From positions 69,296 through 133,295 of the forward strand of contig JAPLXQ010000010.1 in the NCBI GenBank assembly GCA_026395995.1: a DNA stretch of 64,000 bases, given 5' to 3'. This DNA comes from Candidatus Nomurabacteria bacterium (GTDB lineage Bacteria > Patescibacteriota > Minisyncoccia > Phycocordibacterales > UBA9973). Under the pieces are notes generated by a model. The model saw only the letters and a list, made by a program, of their open reading frames with translations. It was not told the DNA's origin and did not search any database. This document shows positions 57,427 through 64,000 of the stretch, one piece after another (the stretch's first letter is position 1; each line of letters opens with the position of its first letter). The position numbers and the translations under genes were made by a program.

Positions 57427-58440
57427 ATGAAAAATAAAGAAGAGCTTTTGGCTGATTTAGCAAAAGAGAATTTTAAACGCCGAACTCTTTCTTTTTATAA
57501 ATATGTCAAAATAGAAAATCCAAAAGAAATGCGTGATATGCTTTTTGATAAACTTTCAGAGCTTAAATGTCTGGGTAGAATCTATGTCGCACATGAAGGT
57601 ATCAATGCGCAGATGAATGTACCTGAACACAATTGGGATGCTTTTAATTCTTTCTTACAAAATATTCCAGAATTCACAGGTGTACCATATAAATTCGCAG
57701 TAGAAGAAAAAGGTAGTAGTAGTTTTATAAAATTAATTATAAAAGTGCGAGAAAAAATTGTTGCTGATGGACTCGATGATAGTACTTTTGACCCGGCAAA
57801 TACAGGTGAATATGCTCTCGCAGAAGAAGTGAATGAAATGATAGATCGTGGTACGACAGTTATCGATATGCGAAATATTTACGAAGCAGCCATTGGTCAC
57901 TTTGAAAATGCAAAGATAATGAATGTCGATACTTTCCGAGAACAACTTCAAAAAGTGCAAGACATGTTCAAAGATAAAAAAGATGAAGAAGTTTTGCTAT
58001 ATTGTACTGGAGGAATTCGTTGTGAAAAAGCTTCTGCGTGGATGAAACATAATGGTTTTAAAAATGTGAAACATATAAAAGGTGGAATTATCGATTATGC
58101 TCACAGAGTAAAAGAATTAGGTTTACCAAATAAATTTAAAGGCAAGAATTTTGTCTTTGATGAGAGAATGGGGGAGAGAGTTGGCGATGAGATTATTTCT
58201 GCTTGTCAGATTTGTGAAAAGGAAAAGTCGGACGAATATATACACTGTAAAAATCTTTCTTGTCATATGTTATTCATATCTTGTAAAAAGTGTGAGAAAA
58301 ATTTAGATGGTTACTGTAGTCGCATTTGCCAAATTTGTGATAAATTTCCTAAAAAAGTAAATCAACTTTTTATCAATCGAAATCAACAAAAGCATTCAAA
58401 TCAATACAAGAAGAATTACAAGAGAACAAATGTGGTATAA
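57427..58440 (+). CDS. trhO: rhodanese-domain tRNA uridine(34) hydroxylase TrhO/YceA-like
   Basis: LSFYKY N-terminus, VAHEGINAQM, rhodanese loop LYCTGGIRCEKASAWMKHNGF and C-terminal Cys-rich tail. Confidence 0.65.
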   Translation: MKNKEELLADLAKENFKRRTLSFYKYVKIENPKEMRDMLFDKLSELKCLGRIYVAHEGINAQMNVPEHNWDAFNSFLQNIPEFTGVPYKFAVEEKGSSSFIKLIIKVREKIVADGLDDSTFDPANTGEYALAEEVNEMIDRGTTVIDMRNIYEAAIGHFENAKIMNVDTFREQLQKVQDMFKDKKDEEVLLYCTGGIRCEKASAWMKHNGFKNVKHIKGGIIDYAHRVKELGLPNKFKGKNFVFDERMGERVGDEIISACQICEKEKSDEYIHCKNLSCHMLFISCKKCEKNLDGYCSRICQICDKFPKKVNQLFINRNQQKHSNQYKKNYKRTNVV

Positions 58441-58472
58441 TTTATAAATTAAAAGATAACTTAAATTTTATT

Positions 58473-58709
58473 ATGAAACACGAAATAACTACAAAATACA
58501 GCGCTGTTCATGTTTTTTACGAAGGAGGTAGTTCTACTTTAGATGAATATAGTGTTCCTTGGTTTCAAAAACTACAATCTTCAGAAGTAAAAACATTTTG
58601 TGACTCTGCATACTCAAATGGTAAGGCAGATCTTGAAGATAATTATAGCAACAATCTTTCGCTTGTTTACAATGGTGATAGTACTTATACATTAAAATTA
58701 AGAGATTAA
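58473..58709 (+). CDS. small hypothetical protein
   Basis: 78-aa ORF. Confidence 0.3.
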   Translation: MKHEITTKYSAVHVFYEGGSSTLDEYSVPWFQKLQSSEVKTFCDSAYSNGKADLEDNYSNNLSLVYNGDSTYTLKLRD

Positions 58710-58721
58710 TAAAATAAAAAT

Positions 58722-59915
58722 ATGACAAGTTTAGAAAAAGCAAAAATAGAAATCCCAAAAGAAAATCCAGATTTACCCATGCAATTAAAATTTGATGTTT
58801 CTTCATCTGAAACAATAGAAAAACTTTTGTCCGTAAAAGATTTAACTTTACCTACAGAAAATGGAGAAAGTAGAAATATTATCGGTAAAGTTTTTGACCA
58901 AGTAATTAAAAAATTAGAAGAACATAATTTTTCTGATATAAATGTTGTGCGAGGTAATCCTATTGTTCTAGCTAGTGATAACTTTGATAGTCTTTTATTT
59001 ACTCCAGGAAATCCTGGAAGGTCTGCGACTTATACTAGATATACTGACGAAGATCACGTTCTCCGTACTCATACCTCTGCACTTATTCCACAAACATTTA
59101 AAAATTTCAAAAAGGAAATTGATCGTTCTACTTTTGTTTTACCTGGGCTCGTATACAGAAGGGATGTTATCGATCCTAGGCATTTAGATGTTTTTCATCA
59201 GATAGATGTTTGGACTTTACAGGATAATAGTAAGTACGGAAAAGTAAATCGAGAAAATTTATTAGAATTAGCTAGAACTGTTTTCGAAGCTGCTTGTCCT
59301 GATGCTGAGATGATAGTCTATGAAGCGAAGCATCCATATACAGTTGATGGTATTGAAGTCTATGCAAAAGTAAATGGTGTAGAAATAGAAGTTTTTGAAG
59401 CAGGTCTCGCTCATCCAGAAGTTTTGAAAAATTGTGGTATTGATCCTGAAAATTATTCCGGTCTCGCTCTCGGTATGGGAGTGGAGAGATTAATAATGGC
59501 TAGAAAGAATTTACCAGACATTCGCCTCATACGTTCTACTGATCCGAGAATTATCAAACAAATGACTGATATGGAACCATATAAAAATGTTTCTAATCAG
59601 CCAGCTATTTCTCGTGACATGTCTTATATTGTGAATAAAAATGATTCTGAAGAAGATCTTTGCGAAGATATCAGAAATGTTTTCGGTGAACATGCTGATC
59701 TACTCGAAGAAGTAAAAATATTAGAGAGAACTCCTTTTGATAAATTGCATCCAGTAGCAAAAGAAAAACTCGGAGCAGTCGAAGGCCAAGATAATGTTTT
59801 GGTACGTATTATTCTTCGTCACCCTGATAAAACTTTAACTAAAAAAGAAGCCGCTGATTTGTATGAAATGGCTTATCCAAAACTTCACAAGGGAAGTACT
59901 CAAGGATATAAGTAG
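58722..59915 (+). CDS. monomeric (mitochondrial-type) phenylalanyl-tRNA synthetase-like protein: PheS class-II core fused to an FDX-ACB anticodon-binding domain
   Basis: VLRTHTSALIPQ, VLPGLVYRRDVIDPRHLDVFHQID, motif 3 GLALGMGVERLIMARKNLPDIRL, then a C-terminal FDX-ACB-like region (PAISRDMSYIV ... ILRHPDKTLTKKE). 397 aa. No pheT adjacent. Confidence 0.65.
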   Translation: MTSLEKAKIEIPKENPDLPMQLKFDVSSSETIEKLLSVKDLTLPTENGESRNIIGKVFDQVIKKLEEHNFSDINVVRGNPIVLASDNFDSLLFTPGNPGRSATYTRYTDEDHVLRTHTSALIPQTFKNFKKEIDRSTFVLPGLVYRRDVIDPRHLDVFHQIDVWTLQDNSKYGKVNRENLLELARTVFEAACPDAEMIVYEAKHPYTVDGIEVYAKVNGVEIEVFEAGLAHPEVLKNCGIDPENYSGLALGMGVERLIMARKNLPDIRLIRSTDPRIIKQMTDMEPYKNVSNQPAISRDMSYIVNKNDSEEDLCEDIRNVFGEHADLLEEVKILERTPFDKLHPVAKEKLGAVEGQDNVLVRIILRHPDKTLTKKEAADLYEMAYPKLHKGSTQGYK

Positions 59916-59934
59916 AATAAACCTTAAAATTACT

Positions 59935-59994
59935 AAAAAATCCCCTAAAATAGGGGATTTTTTAGTTTTGTTTTAATAAAAAAAATGCTATAAT
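59935..59994 (+). promoter_or_regulatory. terminator (AAAAATCCCCTAaaaTAGGGGATTTTTT) followed by extended -10 TGCTATAAT at 59986..59994 for gyrB
   Basis: Hairpin with T-run, then the promoter 11 bp upstream of the gyrB ATG. Confidence 0.55.
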
Positions 59995-60004
59995 GGGTGT
60001 ATAT

Positions 60005-62047
60005 ATGGCAAAAGAAAAAGAACAAAAATATGGGGCAGAACAAATATCTGTCCTAGAGGGGCTTGAGCCGGTTCGCCGCCGTCCTGGTATGTATATCGGT
60101 ACTACTGGTATCGATGGTTTGCACCACCTCGTATGGGAAATATTCGACAACTCTCGTGACGAAGCCATGGGAGGATATTGTGATGAGATTGAAGTAGTCG
60201 TTTTACCTGGAGACATTATCCGTGTGACAGATAATGGTCGCGGAATTCCTACAGACATTCACCCTAAAACAAAAGTTTCTGCACTTGAGACAGTTATGAC
60301 TACACTCCATGCTGGAGGTAAATTCGGTGGAGAAAATTCTGGTTACAAAGTTTCCGGAGGATTGCACGGAGTGGGTGCTTCTGTGGTGAACGCTCTTTCT
60401 CTTTATACAAAAGCAGAAGTACATCACGATGGTGGAAAATTCATGCAAGAATATACCCAAGGCAAGAAAAAAGCTGCTGTTAAAAAAGTCGGTTCTTCAA
60501 AAGCTCATGGTACAGTCATCACTTTCCAGCCAGACCCAGAAATTTTTAAAGAAGGAGTTATTTTTGATTATGATACGATTGTAAATCGTTTTCGTCAGCA
60601 AGCATATCTTGTAAAAAAACTTCGCATTCGTGTGATCGATGCTAGAAAATATGAAGGAAAAATAAATACTGATGATGTGGTTTATTTTAGTGAACTTAAT
60701 TTGGAAGTTCCATCTACTACCTTTTATTTTGAAGGAGGATTGGTGTCTCTCGTAAAATATACAACACGTCTACAAAAATCTTTATCTAATAAAATCTTTT
60801 ATGTTGAAAAAGACCAAGACAATGTCGGAGTTGAAATAGCGCTTCGCTATGTCGATGATATGACAGATAAGATTATTCCTTTCGCAAACAATATTTATAC
60901 ACCAGAAGGTGGTACACATGTGACAGGTTTCAAAACTGCTCTCACAAGACTTTTGAATACTTACAGTAAAAAAAATAATGTCTTAAAAGAAACTGAAGGT
61001 GGTTTTACTGGTGAAGATGTTCTCGAAGGTTTAGTCGTCGTAGTCTCAGTCAAGCTTCCAGAAATTCAATTTGAAGGACAAACCAAAGCTAAGCTTGGAA
61101 GTATGGAAGCTCAGGGAGCGGTAGCGACAGTCTTTGGAGAAGCCTTCTCTGCTTTCTTGGAAGAGAACCCAGATGAAGCTAAAGTCATCATGAATAAGGC
61201 TATTTTGGCCCTCAAGGCACGTAAAGCAGCCAAAGCAGCCAAAGACTCAATCCTTCGTAAAGGAGCCCTAGAAGGTATGACTTTGCCTGGAAAGCTTGCA
61301 GACTGTCAAAGTAAATCAGCGGCTGAATCTGAAATATTCATCGTGGAGGGAGATTCCGCTGGAGGTACAGCTAAAATGGGGCGTGATAGAAAGACTCAAG
61401 CTATCTTGCCACTTCGTGGAAAGATTTTGAATGTCGAGCGTGCACGTCTCGATCGTATGCTAGGATCTGAACAAATAAAAAACCTAGTCATTGCGATGGG
61501 TACATCTATTGGTGATACTTTTGATCTTGAAAAAATCCGTTATCATAAAATAATTATTGCGACTGATGCCGACGTGGACGGAGCCCACATTACGACCTTG
61601 CTCTTAACTCTATTCTACAGATATTTCCGCCAAGTCATTGATGCTGGATATTTATATATTGCTCAACCTCCACTTTATAAAATTAAAAAAGGCAAACAAA
61701 TTTCTTACGCTTATACAGATGAAGAAAGAATTAAATTAGCAGGAGAGGGAGATGTAGAAATTGAAAACTTGGAAGATGGTGTCGTCGAAGAAGTAGAAGA
61801 GACAGAAGAAGACGTAAAAAAGAAAGCCAACAAAGTTCATATTCAAAGATATAAAGGTCTCGGAGAAATGAATGCCGAAGAACTTTGGGAGACTACTATG
61901 GATCCAGCTCACCGTATGATTAAAAAAGTAAATGTCGATGATGCTGAAGAAGCCAATAAAATCTTTGATATTTTGATGGGCTCAGAAGTGCCACCACGTA
62001 AATCTTTTATTCAATCAAATGCCAAGCTGGCAGAGATTGATATCTAG
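60005..62047 (+). CDS. gyrB: DNA gyrase subunit B (ParE not excluded)
   Basis: GHKL ATPase motifs, EGDSAGG, PLRGKILNVE, ATDADVDGAHI Toprim, C-terminal tail. Confidence 0.8.
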   Translation: MAKEKEQKYGAEQISVLEGLEPVRRRPGMYIGTTGIDGLHHLVWEIFDNSRDEAMGGYCDEIEVVVLPGDIIRVTDNGRGIPTDIHPKTKVSALETVMTTLHAGGKFGGENSGYKVSGGLHGVGASVVNALSLYTKAEVHHDGGKFMQEYTQGKKKAAVKKVGSSKAHGTVITFQPDPEIFKEGVIFDYDTIVNRFRQQAYLVKKLRIRVIDARKYEGKINTDDVVYFSELNLEVPSTTFYFEGGLVSLVKYTTRLQKSLSNKIFYVEKDQDNVGVEIALRYVDDMTDKIIPFANNIYTPEGGTHVTGFKTALTRLLNTYSKKNNVLKETEGGFTGEDVLEGLVVVVSVKLPEIQFEGQTKAKLGSMEAQGAVATVFGEAFSAFLEENPDEAKVIMNKAILALKARKAAKAAKDSILRKGALEGMTLPGKLADCQSKSAAESEIFIVEGDSAGGTAKMGRDRKTQAILPLRGKILNVERARLDRMLGSEQIKNLVIAMGTSIGDTFDLEKIRYHKIIIATDADVDGAHITTLLLTLFYRYFRQVIDAGYLYIAQPPLYKIKKGKQISYAYTDEERIKLAGEGDVEIENLEDGVVEEVEETEEDVKKKANKVHIQRYKGLGEMNAEELWETTMDPAHRMIKKVNVDDAEEANKIFDILMGSEVPPRKSFIQSNAKLAEIDI

Positions 62048-62080
62048 TTAGATAAAATAGAACTAATGTAAAATAAAAAA

Positions 62081-62118
62081 GGTTGAATCGCATTGTGCAA
62101 TTCAACCTTTTTGTTTTT
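62081..62118. terminator. bidirectional Rho-independent terminator
   Basis: GGTTGAATcgcattgtgcaATTCAACC followed by TTTTTGTTTTT. Confidence 0.6.
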
Positions 62119-62336
62119 CAGTCCTCCTCTTTTTTTGGAGGAAGAGACATTAACTTTTGCTCTTTTTGTTCTTGTTTTTTTACCGACCAGAGAACGGCAA
62201 TAACAACAACAATGATAAAACAAATAGACAGTGGATTATACTTCCCGGAATATGTTTCCGGACCAAAATCTGATGCCTCGGCTGTTACACTTACCATAAG
62301 TGTAAACAGTAATAAAAAAATTTTTTTCATGTACAA
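62118..62336 (-). CDS. small secreted/membrane protein (signal peptide plus TM helix)
   Basis: MYMKKIFLLLFTLMVSVTAEA ... ICFIIVVVIAVLWSV. Confidence 0.4.
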   Translation of the reverse strand: MYMKKIFLLLFTLMVSVTAEASDFGPETYSGKYNPLSICFIIVVVIAVLWSVKKQEQKEQKLMSLPPKKEED

Positions 62337-62436
62337 TTATTTTTTTAATTTATTCTAAAATAGAGAATATCATATCTATATTAAAAAGTCAAGGTAAATA
62401 TAGATAAAATAAAAATCACCCCGGAGGGTGATTAAC

Positions 62437-63012
62437 TTAAACAAGAAAATTAACTATTTTTATTATAGGTTCTCCTATTAATTTCTTTTGAAATGGACCA
62501 TAATGAAAAGTCGCTTCAATTTTTTTACCATCTAAAAGTATTGGCAGGAATAGCTTATCAGCAGGCATCATTTTTTTTAATGGTAAGTCGTGAATATGGA
62601 ATAATGTCGGTTTTAGCATCTCTTTAGTTTCTTTGATTTTACCTTTCCATTTTTCTGTAATATAAAAATGAACTCGGCATACAAAAGTAGTATTATCACT
62701 TTTTGTATTATGAAAATCAATAATAGCTACTTTTACCAAATTCTTCTGTAAGACTTTTACCTTACCTTCTTCTTTGGCTTCTCTGGTGGCTGCTTTTTTT
62801 TGAGTTTCTCCTTTTTTAATTCCACCTCCTAAGCCGTTCCAGCAACCTTTGCCAATTTTGTCAGCTTTAATGCTGAGCCAAATTTTATTTGTTTTTTTGA
62901 CCTTTAAATAAAGAACTGTGGCTTCTTTTAAAGTTTTCTCTTTTCTTTTCTTAAGTACCTTTTTCATGATCTTTATATTTTTAAATAAGTATTTTCTTTG
63001 CTGATTATACAA
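62437..63012 (-). CDS. NUDIX hydrolase
   Basis: Nudix box GGGIKKGETQKKAATREAKEEGKV. Confidence 0.6.
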   Translation of the reverse strand: MYNQQRKYLFKNIKIMKKVLKKRKEKTLKEATVLYLKVKKTNKIWLSIKADKIGKGCWNGLGGGIKKGETQKKAATREAKEEGKVKVLQKNLVKVAIIDFHNTKSDNTTFVCRVHFYITEKWKGKIKETKEMLKPTLFHIHDLPLKKMMPADKLFLPILLDGKKIEATFHYGPFQKKLIGEPIIKIVNFLV

Positions 63013-63067
63013 CCATTAAAATAAATAGCAAACAAAAAATCGAGGGTTAGCCTCGATTTTTTGTTTG

Positions 63068-64000
63068 CTATAGTTCTAAAGATTTTGAATTTATTTTCTC
63101 TAAAGTTTGATTTAAGAATTCTTCTGGAGAGATATTTTCTATTTTTGTATTATCTCGTTTTTCGATAGTCAGAGTGTTGGCATCTTTTTCTTTATCACCA
63201 ATGACGATGACATAAGGTGTTTTGTTTGTCTTAGCATTACGAATTCTTTTGCCGAGACTTTCATTCGAATCATCGAGTTCAACTCTGATATCACTATTTT
63301 GGAATAAATCAAAAACAGTCTTGGCGTAATTTCCATGATTTTCTGCAGAGATTGGAATAATGGTGACTTGGGCAGGAGAGAGCCAAAGAGGGAAATTACC
63401 AGCAGTATGCTCGATCATCACACCCATAAATCTTTCGAGTGAACCAGAGATGGCACGATGAATAACAACTGGGCGTTCTTTTTTGCCTTCGTTATTCACA
63501 AAACTTAAATCGAATCTTTCAGGAAGATTGAAATCACATTGTATTGTTGCTAGTTGCCACTCACGTCCGATAGCATCTTTAAACATGAAGTCTAATTTTG
63601 GTCCGTAAAAAGCCGCTTCATCTTTTGCTGGTTTATAAGGAAGGTTCTCTTCGATACAAACTTTTGTCAAAGCTGATTCTGCCTTGACCCAGACATCATC
63701 AGAACCTAAATATTTTGTTTTATCATCTCCACGCAAAGAGAGTCGTACCCAATATCCATCAATTAGACCCATTGTAGTATAAAATTCTTTAATAATACCA
63801 ACAATTGTTTTTATCTCATCTCCGATTTGATCACTAGTACAGAAAAGATGTCCATCATCTTGAGTGATAGATCGTACACGAGTCAATCCTCCTAATTGTC
63901 CAGATTTCTCATCACGATAGACTGTCGCTGGTTCAAAATATCGTATTGGCATATTACGATAAGAGAATTGGTTGTCTGCAAAGATTTGCATATGGTGAGG
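63068..64000 (-). CDS. thrS: threonyl-tRNA synthetase, C-terminal part (gene continues beyond the window end)
   Basis: Class-II core motif 3 region (GPKLDFMFKDAIGREWQLATIQCDFNLPERFDL, HRAISGSLERFMGVMIEH) and anticodon-binding domain. The reading frame is open past position 64000. Confidence 0.75.
   Translation of the reverse strand, partial: PHHMQIFADNQFSYRNMPIRYFEPATVYRDEKSGQLGGLTRVRSITQDDGHLFCTSDQIGDEIKTIVGIIKEFYTTMGLIDGYWVRLSLRGDDKTKYLGSDDVWVKAESALTKVCIEENLPYKPAKDEAAFYGPKLDFMFKDAIGREWQLATIQCDFNLPERFDLSFVNNEGKKERPVVIHRAISGSLERFMGVMIEHTAGNFPLWLSPAQVTIIPISAENHGNYAKTVFDLFQNSDIRVELDDSNESLGKRIRNAKTNKTPYVIVIGDKEKDANTLTIEKRDNTKIENISPEEFLNQTLEKINSKSLEL

Noticed and set aside
60005-62047. Calling the type IIA topoisomerase B subunit ParE instead of GyrB
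   Set aside because: It cannot be distinguished from sequence alone here. GyrB is preferred because reduced genomes usually keep gyrase only, but no gyrA/parC context is visible in the window.

Overview
Low-GC (about 30%) bacterial segment with a Candidate-Phyla-Radiation/Patescibacteria-like gene repertoire, called by motif recognition only (no searches were run). It carries housekeeping genes (ileS, recG, eno, ligA, gatCA, truB, gyrB, thrS partial, asd), a complete type IV pilus/competence cluster (comF, pilMNOP-like, pilB, receiver, pilT, pilC, three pilin genes, pilD, four minor pilins) and several accessory islets. The observations most worth follow-up are these. (1) A six-gene complex-I / group-4-hydrogenase-like module whose NuoB-like and NuoD/large-subunit-like proteins have lost the FeS and NiFe ligand residues (Ehr-like). 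(2) IleS carrying a complete histidine-phosphatase (RHG...THG) domain inserted in its core, preceded by an Ile-specific T-box leader. (3) A dPGM-pyruvate kinase fusion with a lidless, C-domain-less kinase half, in a lower-glycolysis operon split by a dinJ-yafQ toxin-antitoxin pair. (4) A family of GC-rich palindromic elements inserted in frame in recG and ligA, with a third intergenic copy. (5) Pilin genes built from an identical 140-bp 5-prime module joined out of frame to divergent 3-prime parts, each with a repeated terminator-promoter unit. (6) Two near-identical tRNA-Ser(GCU) genes bounding a 2.5-kb islet with 25-bp inverted repeats, next to a free-standing LAGLIDADG endonuclease and a Ser-type tRNA with an ACU anticodon. 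(7) An orphan 5-prime fragment of 23S rRNA with its own terminator. (8) A mitochondrial-type monomeric PheRS-like gene. (9) A LexA-like / unknown / OLD-family ATPase-Toprim candidate defence operon at the window start. Stop codons seen are TAA/TAG; the code appears standard.
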